Below, piece after piece: positions 13,400-25,246 of a DNA stretch of 64,000 bases. The notes beneath the pieces were generated by a model. It did no database searches. It was not told the DNA's origin and was given only the letters and a program-made list of their open reading frames with translations. The DNA comes from Pelomyxa schiedti (Eukaryota; Protista; Evosea), in contig JAHLWZ010000406.1 of the NCBI GenBank assembly GCA_020536535.1, positions 1-64,000 on the forward strand, given 5' to 3'. The position numbers were made by a program, and so were the translations under genes. Position 1 is the stretch's first letter. Every line of letters begins with the position of its first letter.

Positions 13400-15376
13400 T
13401 AACACCTCATCAACCCTTGATAACAGGTGTAGTTGTTGCTGTTAGGGTCAGAGGAAGGAGGGGGAGTGAACCCAGAAAATGGGAACCCAGTCTCACAATA
13501 TGCATTGTCACCACTGCGGCAGACCCAAAACCACAAAGGCCTGTGGGGGAAAGTAAGAGTTTGCCAGTAATTTTGGTTTTTTTTACTCAACCTTCTGTCC
13601 TGCTCATAGCTACTTGTGATTGAACAACCAAAGTTGCGTTTGTTGGTTTGCCACTGCTTCCCTTCACTTTCAAAACTGACATACCAGTAGTCCCAGCAAC
13701 CTGAACCTACTCCAGTGGCATAGTACCGGACAAGCTGTTCAGTATTTTTGCCATCCTACAAACCGTTAAAAATTTGGTGTTTGCGGGACAGTCACACCAT
13801 AAGATGGGGAACATGGTATGCACAAATTGGAGTGCTACCATTTCCAGCCGTAAAGACCAAGCTGATATTGCAGATATCGTCACCCCACTTATTGCAGAAA
13901 ATTACACCGACTTCTTTGTATGTCACGTCAGTAATCCTTATGTAGCTCAACCCTTGATAACAGGTTTAGTTGTTGCTGTTAGGGTCAGAGGAAGGAGGGG
14001 GAGTGAACCCAGAAAATGGGAATCCAGTCTCGCAATATGCACTGCCACCACTGCGGCAGACCCAAAACCACAAAGGCCTGAATGGTAGGGGAAGAGAAGG
14101 GGAAATGGAGTTAGAGGGCTAAAAAGCCTCTTAGGTATCCCAAACCTGCCATCACAAGCACTTGTGATCGAGCAGGCGAAGTTTCGTTTGTTGGTTTGCC
14201 AGCGCATCCCCTCACTGTCAAAAGTGACATACCAGTAGTCCCACGAACCTGAGCCTACACCAATAGCATAATACCGAAGAAGCTCCATTGTCTTTTCATT
14301 CTCCTAGTTGTATGTTAGTACCTTCTTGTACGAGGGGGCCAAACCGCAAGAGAAGGAAAGTGGTAGGCACAGACAGGAAGGGCATTTGTACCTGGCGTGA
14401 AGACTAGACTGATGTTGGTTATATCACCACCCCACCGGTTGCAGAAAATAACAGCAATTTTTTTGTGTTGGCATCGGTCTACAGCAGTGACCTCATAACT
14501 ATCACTGCATTCAAATGGATCTGCACAGCCATCACCAGCTGGGGAGTGCATGAATTCCTCAAAGTCGCTAAAGTCATAGATCTGGTCACGCAGACCCAAA
14601 CGAGCATTGTCTCTTGGGGGCTGCCATTCACTAGTTGTAATGTTAGCACTAGTTCTGAGTAGTGGAAGCGAATCAAGAGGGACCTAAGAATAGTTATTTA
14701 TGTTGATTTGCAATAAGTCACACCTACATTTGGATGGAAGTTTGGATTCAGCCAGACACGAGTAATTCGACGATTTGCATCATACTCACGAGCTGAACGT
14801 ATATACTCCCGCTCAATGCCCCCAGCAAAAACAATCTCCCTTTGGTTCTCATATTGATGCTGACCCAGCACTCCATTCACATCAATGCCCCCTGGAGCAA
14901 ATATTTCATACAGAAATACATCCGCTCGATCTCGTGGCATCCAAAAGCAGATAATGCCATGGTCATTCCTGTAGCATCTAACATATACGCATTAACCTCA
15001 AAAACAGACACAACTGCCTCCTCCCTCCAGGGTATGTTTCATACCTCGTTGTGCCAACAAACACTGATGGAGCATTCGAGTTCACATAAGTCCTTAAATC
15101 ATAAGCAGCTGGTGCCGGTGTTTCATCCGTCACACGTGGTGCTAGCCCATGTTGAAATACAACATCAGGGCGCCTTCTGTCCCATCTGTACAACCTTTCA
15201 GCGTCGTTCTGAACGTAGTGTTGAAGAGTGGCGTCCCACAGCCTTGGTGGGCGCAAAAAGTCCGGCACAGCAAAATCAAAATGGTGGTCCGCCTCACCCC
15301 TGTCCATGTTTCGAAGATTCGGCAACATGGCAGCGGGGAACAACGGTCCTACGTGGTTGTTGCGGTTGTCGCACAT
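13400..15376 (-). CDS. Pierisin/Scabin/MTX-like mono-ADP-ribosyltransferase with two C-terminal tandem repeats; in-frame TAA at 13966-13968; 3' end uncertain
   Basis: LYRWDRRRPDVVFQHG, YVNSNAPSVFVGTTR (intron 14969-15044), YEIFAPGGIDVN, YENQREIVFAGGIEREYIRSAREY, WLNPNF. A pierisin-like linker is followed by two repeats offset by 537 bp. Confidence 0.8.
13411..14480 (-). repeat. Intragenic tandem duplication (~537-bp unit) encoding the two C-terminal repeats of the ART gene
   Basis: 13411-13542 is nearly identical to 13948-14079. Repeated peptides: IFCN(R/K)WG.DI.NISLVFT.G and RYYA.GVGSG.WDYWYV.F.SEG..WQTNKRNF.CSITS. Confidence 0.9.
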
Positions 15377-15515
15377 CGCTTTTCTTAAGAAAGAGGTAGA
15401 GCAGGTTCGTAAAATGGCAGACTCACAACAGCGAAAAACTGACTCCGGAAAACAAAGCACAAAATTGTTAAACCAACTCAGAATTTTTCAACCAACTTGC
15501 CATCACCGGGAGGCC

Positions 15516-15860
15516 TTACAGACATTGTGGTTCTCCCATCAGTCCTGCCTCCACCTCCACAACCCAGGTTGAAATACAGGCTCCACCAGATACAAGCACC
15601 CAATCACTCAGTAGCCGGAGGAAGTGAAGCACCCAAGCCCTCTGCGTTCAGATGCACGTGCACTCTCATCCCATTCATTGCGCCTCCCAGCTCCTCAAGT
15701 CTCAAGCTGGACTGTGATTGTAGAGGAAGCAGACCTTTTTTTTTTCCTCTTAAGGTGAGAAATCCGGCATCACCGGTGATGGGGGCAAACAGCTCCGCTT
15801 TGGGATGCGAATACAATGCCCCACTTCACCACCCACCGAACAGATCTAGCCTGAGGCTCA
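15516..15860 (-). pseudogene. Degenerate coding relic, probably a fragment of a lineage-expanded gene family
   Basis: Protein-like segments in different frames (LFAPITGDAGFLTL; ELGGAMNGMRVHVHLNA; WVLVSGGACISTWVVEVEAGLMGEPQCL*) broken by frameshifts and stops. The family link is an unverified recollection. Confidence 0.3.
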
Positions 15861-16118
15861 GTTCCGGACTTAGACTTTTAGGTTGAGCTTTCTATTGGTA
15901 AGTCTATTGGACAGATGCCTTGTCCGGACAAGACACTTCTCAGAGTTTTTTTCCCCCTGTGGGCAATGGGTATCAGGCCTGGGAGCAGTCCTTTTTTTTA
16001 GGTGGATTTTCTGACCGGGTTTAAACAGCTGCCCAGGTGACTGCCCAGAATCAATGATCTGGAGCCTTCAGAGACTTAGAACTTGTTTTGTCTGATCGAA
16101 TCCGAACACACAAGAAAC

Positions 16119-18763
16119 ATGTACGAGAGAACGACGCGAGGCACTTCTGCGCCCAGCAGCACACACGCAGACCCCCCAACCGCCACTGGTAGTGCTGCAG
16201 CCACGATCCCCACGACCACAGCGACGACATCAACCACGTCGAGCACCGCAACAACCGCAACGGTAACAGGTGCGGGAAGTGTCTCCCCCACTGGCGGCAG
16301 CGGCGGCGACGGCAGCGCGGAAATACGCAACGAGGCGCTGCGGCGGATCGCGGAGCTGCTGCACCTGGACGAAGAAGGCGGCGCGGGAGCCGAGACGGGG
16401 GTCGCGTGGGTGGCCGCAAAGGAAGTCGTCAAGACCGCAATGAAGCTGTTTGGCAATGACAAGTACAAGAAGGCTGTTGCTACTTTGTGCGGCGTCATAT
16501 CAGATTACCCTGATTATCCACGTATGTGTGCTTGAATGCCCCGTTCCCCTTCTGTACATTTTTTATTATTTATTTATTTATTTATTTCTCACGTGTGTGT
16601 CACAGCGGGGTATTTGGTACTGGGGGAGTTCTATCAACAGATGGGTCAGGTAGAACGAGCTTGCAGCATTTGGAAAGTAGGAATTGAACGCTGTGTCAGA
16701 AAGGTGTGGTGCTGTATAGTAAGCTATTCCCAATAATGAAAATATATTCTGTCTCAGGGTCGTGAGGTGCTGCTGATGTGCAAGTTTGTAGCTTCTACAA
16801 GGCTTCTCCAAGGGTATTTTCCATTTGATTGATAGTGGATGTGAGAGCTCTCCGTCATAGTTTCACTTCCACTTCTTCTCTCATCTTACCTTGACTCCTC
16901 CCTCAAGTGAGCAAGGAAGTGGCACGTTGATCACAATGGATGGAATGAGGCGTGGTGACCCTGTAACAGCATCTGCAACCGAAGAGAACACCTGGAGAAA
17001 TTCCAAATTGAAGTGTGCTGTTAATTGCTTTTAACTAGGTTTCATAACTTTTATTTTAAAAAGAGAAGCTGCCGAATACTATGGCATTGCTTCTTCAATT
17101 GTACCCCCAAAAGACTCCAGTCCATTTTTGGACAAACAGGCTGTTTGTTTTGTTGAATTAAAGGAATGGGATCTAGCTATTAAGTGCTACGAAAGTGGCA
17201 GAAAGGTTCTTTCTCTTCATTACTTTTTCCATCTAAACTGTGCTCCACCCTGGAAGCTATTCAGAGACTCCAAGTGGGCCATCAACAAAGCGAGCTGCTA
17301 CCTTGCCAAGGGAGGTGATGATGCCTTGCTTCAGTCAATTCCCTTGCTCGAAGAAGCTTTGGAATTGGACCCAAGGGCAAAAGATGCCTATGAAATGCTA
17401 GCAGACTTGTATTCCTTAGAAGGTTTGTATCAATTGTACTCAGGGGATATAAAGTAACACTCAAAAAGACCAGGTTGACAAAGTAACATTATATAAGGAC
17501 TACTCAAAATTCTACGCGTTCTTCCCTGAGTTTTGTAGAAGATCAGTGTGGTCACGTGCATACTCAGACTTAGTCAAAGTTTTAATCCCCACACCAACAT
17601 CTTCAGAACAACCTCCTACACTTCCAACCAACCCTGATGATCCTAGCCTTCATGTCATCCAAACTCTCAAGAGTCTTGCTGATGATCCTTCTGATACAGC
17701 AACCGAAATAGTTCTTGCCTTCTGTTGGAATCACTTCTTTCACGGACCAGCAGAGGTCTTCTGCCTATTGCTTCTTAAAGAAATGTCTTAGGCACTGTAG
17801 GATGCTGCGTATGAGATACTCCAGGCAAAAACAGTGGATGTGAACTCTTATGCGTTTTCTTTGCTTGATAATCTAATCCACTTCCATCAATGCACATGCA
17901 CAATCAAGGTAAATCCAGTTGGCAGGCAGAAAGTGTAACACTTTGCAGAATACTTGCCACGTAATGGCTGCAAATAAAGATCCTCGGTGCTACGACATCT
18001 GTATGTCTTTCTTGAAACAGGACTTAGAAGATAACAGCATGGGTAGAAATTAGAGCCGATAACAAATATTTAAAGTTAATATAATCACAGGAATTGTTGA
18101 AAGCTTGTCTCTATTGGGTGATGAACGTGCTGTGCCAGAGCTGGTTAAAGTAATGGAACTTGGTCTTGATGTTGATGGTGGGCATTTCTCTCTGCCTCTT
18201 TGTGTTCATTACTTAGCAATGAATAGATGTCAATTCAGATGACGATACACCACCAGAATCAGAGGTCACAACATCCACTACCTCCAGTGCAGCGGCACCT
18301 CCTACTTCCGAAACATCTGACCGCACAGGTATCATACTATTAATTATATTCAGTTGAATAATAATCTATGCGAACAACTGAAGCTCCCTCAGAGGAGGAA
18401 GACGAAGACGAGGAAGAAGAAGAAGAAGAAGTGGAAGAGGAACCAGAGGAGAAGGAGGAAGATTCAGACGAGGAGGAGGATGATGACGACTCTGACGAAG
18501 ATAGAGACAACGAGCAAGCGCGGCAGAGGATGGCGAGCCTTCCCCACGACGACGCGGACGAGCACAACGGCACACCGCCATCGGCGGCCAGCAAAGAAGA
18601 GGCCCTTCACAGCGTGAGGCAGAGGTGCAGCGCCGCACTATCGGCTACATTCCCAACCCACTCCCTCACTCGAGAAGCACTGACAGCACTGCATGAACAA
18701 CACGAAGAAGAAGAAGCTACTGGTGCGACTATTACCTCACCACAGGCATCAGAATCACATTAA
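16119..18763 (+). CDS. Multi-exon TPR-repeat protein with Thr/Ser-rich N-terminus and poly-Glu/Asp C-terminus
   Basis: TPR-like helices (YLVLGEFYQQMGQVERACSIWKVGI; KQAVCFVELKEWDLAIKCYE; EEALELDPRAKDAYEMLADLY). Acidic tract at ~18390-18510. Confidence 0.6.
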
Positions 18764-18834
18764 TAGAAAATTCTAAAGTTCTTTTTTGGTGTTTGGCCTG
18801 AAAACAAAGAACAGATAAAAAAAAATAGAGGGTG

Positions 18835-19748
18835 ATGCCGAAGTATGCGATACCTCCCTTCTTTTCGAAAATTTTGTTTGGTGCTAAAGTGAAGTAGTTT
18901 TGTTTTGATATGTTGACAACAAAGTGTACGTGTTCGCATTTTTTTTATTTGATAATATAAAATTACCCGTTTTAAATATCTTCTGCCGCACACTTTTTTC
19001 CCCCCCCCTTTAAATAGGTATTACTGTGATTATTGCGACATTTTCTTGACCCATGACTCCCCGTCTGTTCGAAAATCACACAACGATGGGTGGAAACACA
19101 AACAGGCGGTAAGGATGTACTACGCACAATTTGAGGAGAATCAGACACAAACTTACATTGACATGAAAGTCAAAGAATACGAATCTCGTGCTGGTATTGT
19201 CTTTTTTCCTTTCCTTTCCTTTCTTTTGGCATTTTGTTGGCAAATTAAGCTCACCTTGGAACTAGCTGCATTAGCTGCTGGAATTCCTTACTTTCCTCCT
19301 ACTAGTCTAATGCCTCCAAGTAACGACCACTTTTTTCTTCCCTTGTTCCTAATTCTCTCCTTTTCAGTGCTTCCTCCAATGTCTGTTCCAGGCTTCCGAC
19401 CAGGTTTTATTTTTTTCCTTACCTTAATGTGTGAGCTTGCTATTATTAACTTTACCTTTAGGTGGGCCTACTCCGCCTGGTACCCCTGGGCAGCCACCCG
19501 GAATGTTGCACCCCTCAATGCCACCCGGGATGATGTTTCCGCCTGGTAAACGCCCTTTGATACTTCTCAACTCGAATTCACAGACCCAAGGTATGATGCC
19601 GCCACCCGGAATGATGCCCCCTGGGATGATGCCACCTGGAGTGATGCCGCCACCCGGAATGATGCCCCCACCTGGAATGGGTTTGATGCCACCACCTGGC
19701 ATGAATCCCCCATGGCCAAGACCACCACAGCAACCTCAACAACCTTGA
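18835..19748 (+). CDS. SNRPC: U1 snRNP protein C
   Basis: Spliced MPK|[27 protein letters not shown] matrin-type zinc finger and a Pro/Met-rich PPGMM tail. Confidence 0.93.
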
Positions 19749-19908
19749 GTATCCTGTTGAGACCCCCCGTCTTCCCACTTTGTGTCTCTAGTCCTCCACC
19801 TTAGTTTTACTATCACCTCATCCTTCACAAGGGAATAAAATGTTTGCATTTTGTTTCTTGGTTTTCGTCACAGAACTATTCTATTTTTTCACACTGTACA
19901 AAACATTA

Positions 19909-21535
19909 TTATCTTCTCTTAGATTGTGGTGCAGCAGAGGTATTTTGGGGATGAAGTGCTGCTCGTGGGGCATATTGAACTGGTGATGGGCCAAAAATGC
20001 TATTTGGAGGCTAGTTAGCTTATGGAATTTAGTATTTGTTTTGTTTGCACACTTGGCAATTGGCTTCGGGAGTACTTGGAAGTATTGGTGATCAAGCGCA
20101 TCGGCTGCTGTTATTCTAGTCATTGGGTTGTAGTCAAACAACCTCCCAAGCAATTCAAAGTCGGGTGTGCCCACAAGCATTCGTGGAGTCATCACTTTAG
20201 CAAGTGTGGGTTGGAAATTATTCCTAGTGAGAAAAATAAGGTGGAGGGAAATTAAAAAAAACTCATCACTGAACGCACTTGGCCCAGTCGTATTCGCGAT
20301 ATCTGGGCATCATTTGTAGTAAGGGGTATTGAACAACATCCGGCATTCCTAGGACTTTGAATATCTTGTCCACCTAAATGCAAACAGGAAAATTTCTGTC
20401 AGAAGCTAAAACAAAAGAAAAGAAAAAGTACCTGGTCTTCTTGGAATAGACTTGGATTAAGTTGATCTTTTTCTTTACCTTGGAAGATTGGCCTCAAGTT
20501 CACAAGCTCAGCAAATATACAACCAATAGCCCATATATCTGTTTGTGTCAGAAAAAGAAAAAGGGTTCATATCAAGTTCGCTTACCTACAGCAGGTGTAT
20601 AATGTTTGGATTGGAAGAGCAGTTCTGGTGCCCGGTACCAAATGGTAACCACAACCCCTTGACAAATCGAAAAAAGGAGAGTGGATATTATGTAAACATA
20701 GAAACTGAAGGTTGTACCATTATCATTCAAAATTTTGAGTGGGTCCTGATAAACCCTTGCAAGACCGAAGTCACCTATTTTTACACGCCCTTGATCTAAA
20801 CCAGGTCCCATAACCAGAATATCTATGTAAGTCAGCATGGGAGGTTTTTTTTAAGTTGCACAATACTGCTTGGTTTCAGATCTCTACAAGGAATTAGAAT
20901 TGGGCATGAACTGCCGATGTTACCGGTGAATGATCCAATTTAAGTGCAGATAATTGATTCCATTTAACATTTGCCACATTACACTTTTAATCACTTGTGC
21001 TGATAAGGGAATGTCACGTTCCCTGTGATGCCTAATTATTCCCTTGAACATGCCAATTAAATATCATCAGCCACAACCAAAGTCACGTACCCATAGGTCA
21101 TACTCGGCATATTCAAAAACAAGGTAAAGTGCTCTATCACGGACTGTACTAGTAAGAACTACCTCGGTTAGTCTCACAATATTCTCGTGATTCAGTTCCC
21201 TTAGCAACTTGAATAAGCAGTCAGGATCACATATGAACATAACAGACAGTACATACGCCAATCTCTCTACAAGCAGTTAGTGATATACCCTCACCATCTT
21301 TCGTGGCTTTGAATTTCTTGATTGCAACAAAAGCTCCAGTTATTTTATCTTCAGCCTTGGATACCACCCCATATGTACCCTCACCAACGTCAAATATAAC
21401 TCGATACTTCTGAGAAATATTATCACACGGAGGGGAGTACTTCGGCGGAGTATCTTCACCCATAATGTAAGCACCAATATGCATTACACAAAACAATATA
21501 TTCATGTATCTATCTCAGAAACATCGAGATTAAAA

Positions 21536-21576
<41 letters not shown>

Positions 21577-21872
21577 ACAAACAAACCAGGAGGAGCAGAG
21601 AGCATCACAGTGGAGTGATGATGCCCCGAGGACGACGACGAGGACGACGTGGAGGAGGACATCGCGCCGCCTCCGCCTCCTCCCCCGCCCCCACCGCCGC
21701 CGTAGTGCATCGTAGACGTAGTCGCCGTGGTGGTCGCGTGCCGGTACGACGAGGCACCACCGAAAGAGCCCCCCGGAGCGACGACACCGCATGACGACGA
21801 CGCCGAGGGCGGCGCCGACGACGTAGACCCGAACGAGTTCGCAAACGCAGCACCGTAGCCACCCAGCGACAT
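19909..21872 (-). CDS. CDK8: Cyclin-dependent kinase 8 (Mediator kinase)
   Basis: [24 protein letters not shown] (CDK8 SMSACREI-type helix), [53 protein letters not shown]. Low-complexity first exon. Confidence 0.88.
21537..21575. repeat. Poly-A run (~39 nt), poly-T in the first CDK8 intron
   Basis: Seen directly in the sequence. Confidence 0.9.
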
Positions 21873-22063
21873 CAACTTGGTTTCTGGTGATGGAATTACG
21901 GGAATCCTTGGGGTTAGGAATAAGGCAACAATGGAGTGAATGACGACAGCTTGGCAGTCAAACATGGAGACAACAGTTTGTGGGAATTTAATTTATTAGA
22001 GAACCAAAGAATGGGCAGACGTGCCCATTTTGTTTAAATTAGGTGTTGTCGAAACTGCAGTGC

Positions 22064-23585
22064 TCAGTGCCCGTGGAAGTTCTTCTGGTGTGCGATGTGG
22101 TGTCTCCTCTTGTCGAGGAGCACAAGACCAACGTAGCAGACCATGATTAGGGCTGCATCAACGTTGGCTGGGATCACAATATTGGTATCTAGAGAGAACT
22201 GCTTTGGCCGTGAAAATGTGGCAATCAGTGCCCCGGCTGGTTTGGTCACAACTTAATAATGAAGATCAGTAATGCTGCAGTGGAGAAAGAACATACATTT
22301 GAATTCGGAGTCAAAGAATTGGCCCTGCATCCGGACTTTGTCCCCGTTGTTAAGAGTAATCTTTCCCTTTCCACCCTGGCCTTTACCAAAGTGGGCTCTT
22401 CCTAGTTCTTTGCCATTTCTCACAATCGTCATGGACACAGATGTTGCGCCACCGCCTTCCTCCTGTTTGTTGTTTTCCCCACCCAAGAATATGTGAGAAT
22501 GTTTTGCTACAACGAAAACGCACAGATTCCGTAGAAATGAGTGCGGTCTTCGTTTTGGCATCAATAAGATCAACAACGACATTATGCAGATTTCCTCTAG
22601 TCTTGACAAGATAGATTTTGCTTTCTAAGGGAAAACCATTAAAATAGAAAAGCCACAATAGGATCATACTCTTGTCTTCCGCCAAGAATTTAATCTGAGT
22701 AACACCAGCAGAGAAGAAGAGCCGGAGTGGTTCTGCCTATTTGAGAAGTTATACAAAAGAAAGTGCTAAGTGCCAACCAGAGGACTGACTACAGCCACGT
22801 GATCAAATTTCATGGGATAAGGTGAAACTGCTGTTGCCACGACTTGTGGAGGAGTGGCGACCACTGGTGGTGCAATTGCTGCGGTGTGAGTAGGAGTCAT
22901 TGCCATAAGGCGGGGTCCAGTTCTAGGCTTGGTAATGGCGGCAACCCATCCTCTTGCACATTGTTATAACGGAAGGACCGAAAAGAGCCTACGAGAATGA
23001 CACGGTCACTGTGAGAGTGCCTTTTTCCACCCCTTCCAATACAAGTACATGTTCAGTGGGCGTATTTGTCACTTCTGATAGTGGTATCTAATTAAAAAGA
23101 ACCTCTGTCAGGCTCCCCGGTGAGTAATGATTGGACATACGGAACAAGACCCCAGGAAGTTGTTGCTCGCCGACACATTGAAATCCCAAACCTTGGAATT
23201 ACCTTGGTGTTACAAAAGAAAAACAAACTGGGAGGAAGATTACAGAGAAACAGATCACAGATGAAGTCTTACACTGCTTGCTGAACGCCAAGTTCCATAC
23301 CGGATCTGACGTATTGTGCACCACAGGTGTTCTTTGCTCATCCTCCGTATCCACCTTTATTTAAATTTGTAATTTTAGCCTAAAGTAATGTTTGACATGT
23401 GCCAGCTGCCTAAGCCCTGCGGCCCCAAATTTTTTTTTTCCCCTCGAAGAAGGGAGAAACGGTACCCTGAAAACAACCATTGGGTCGTTACAATCGTCCC
23501 TGATAACCAAATCAGAGGCTTTGGCGATACAACAATTGAGGGTGACTGTTCCTTTGGTTACTGCTGGCGTGGTGGTAGCGGCCAT
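22064..23585 (-). CDS. C2-domain protein with C-terminal LURP-one/tubby-like domain
   Basis: C2-like CIAKASDLVIRDDCNDPMVVF..RTPVVHNTSDPVWN. C-terminal MQGQFFDSEF..FSLDTNIVIPANVDAALIMVCYVGL resembles the LURP/tubby C-terminal fold. Confidence 0.55.
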
Positions 23586-23826
23586 TCTTGTTGGGTTGGT
23601 TTTTTTTGGTGTTGGATTTTTCTTCAAACCAACGGCATGATGAGGAATCTTTTCGCAGTTGACCGCTAGTTAGGAGAAAAACCGCTGCTCCAAAAAAGGT
23701 TACTGAGTACCCCAAGTCATCCTCTGGCACCGGGTGCAACACATCAACTGTGGGCCTATTGATGACAACCAAGGCAGTCACTACCAAGCCAAACTTCTAC
23801 CAGCAGAAAGTTTTTTTTCCCCATCG

Positions 23827-25050
23827 ATGTCCGCTGAAACGACACAAGTGGTGCCGGTTGAGCCGGGAAGTAGTGTCAAAGTGGCGTGTGTGCAGGAGAG
23901 CTCGGATCTCCAGGCCACCGACCACAACTGCGACAAATTCGAGGCCCAGGTCCGCATCGCTGCCGCCAACGGCGCCAAGATCGTCGTACTGCCCGAGATG
24001 TGCCTTACCGTATGTGTTGTTGCTACTTATTACTGTTACTCTATTCGTTCTTTTGTTTTGGTTTTTTCTCTTTTTTTCCTTTTTTTCTTTTTAAAAAGCA
24101 AAAGGGATACCTGTCGCAGGACTTGAAAAAATCATGGCACGTTCCAGGGAAACCTTTGAACCGCAGTCCAACGTTATTATAGCTTCGATTTGTGTTGATA
24201 TTCTCAATGGGAAATGATAGAACCAATTCCACATTTGAGGGAGTTGATCCTACCGAGTTTGCAGAACCTGTCCCAGGAAAGACTACAAATCGATTTTGTG
24301 CTCTTGCCAGAGAACTTCAGGTTGCATAGTATAGTAATCGTAAAAAGTCACAAATATTAGATTTACCTCACTATTCCCTTTTGCGAGAAAGTTGTACCCC
24401 CACCTCTCTCAACTGCAAAGTTTCTGTTTTATAACACTGTTGGTTTCTGTTTAATATATTTATGTGATACCAATTTGAAGCAGGTTGTTGTTGCAAACCC
24501 AGCAGGGACTATTTGTGCTCATTACCGAAAGAATAACTTATGGCCCTACATTGACCTTGCATGGCAATCCCGAGGAACAGAAAATGTTTGCTTTGAGGTT
24601 TCAACTGAACTTCCTTCCCATACTAATCGAAACTAAACTTTACATTAGACAGAATATGGAAAAGTTGCTCTTGCAGTCTGCTTCGACATACATATCATGT
24701 TTGAACGCTACTCTAACGTAGGTGATGTGTGGGCCCTACTGTATTCTATAGCATGGGTTGACACGGACACACGGTTGACCTATAACTTGGAGAAACCCGA
24801 AATTAACATTCAGATAACACACAGATATTGGTTTACCTATGGTCTACCTGAATTTATTCAACAGCACCCCCCAGCCAAGTACGTTCTCGGTGCAAACTGG
24901 AGTATTGATAAACCTGAGTCTGGCGAAGGCTGGAATGGGTATGGCTACAGTAGCATTTATGGCCCTAGTGGAGTTCTCCTGGCCCAAGCTAAAACTCAAA
25001 TCGGACCCGAGATTGTCTACGCCGATATACCTGTGGATAAACACCCCTGA
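23827..25050 (+). CDS. Carbon-nitrogen hydrolase (nitrilase superfamily)
   Basis: VKVACVQ, GAKIVVLPEM (Glu), HYRKNNLW (Lys), VCFDIH (Cys), GYSSIYGPSG..EIVYADI. Confidence 0.9.
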
Positions 25051-25246
25051 TTTCGTGGTTCCTGAACTGAGTCCCAATACACTTTTAACAAAGTGAAGAA
25101 GGTGCATTTTTGTTGTTATTTGAGGAACTAATTACACGTTGGTTTTTCCCAAAGGCTTCTTTTTGTATTTACATAAGAAATTGCCTTGATAAGACTTACA
25201 GAGAGTTGTTGGTTGGCAAGGTCCTGACAAGGTGAAGCATTACTGG

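Noticed and set aside
12450-13400. Possible decayed non-LTR retrotransposon (FKLNRC..KYIG; CCHC..EDLGHVWF on the + strand)
   Set aside because: Motifs are too short and broken, with no YADD core, poly-A tail or target-site duplication recognised.
13966-13968. TAA reassignment (alternative genetic code)
   Set aside because: TAA is a normal terminator in TAF5, CDK8, the lipase and others, and no other in-frame TAA was seen in conserved exons.
15919-15932. Perfect 14-bp palindrome CTTGTCCGGACAAG
   Set aside because: A few such palindromes are expected by chance in 64 kb, and there is no supporting context.
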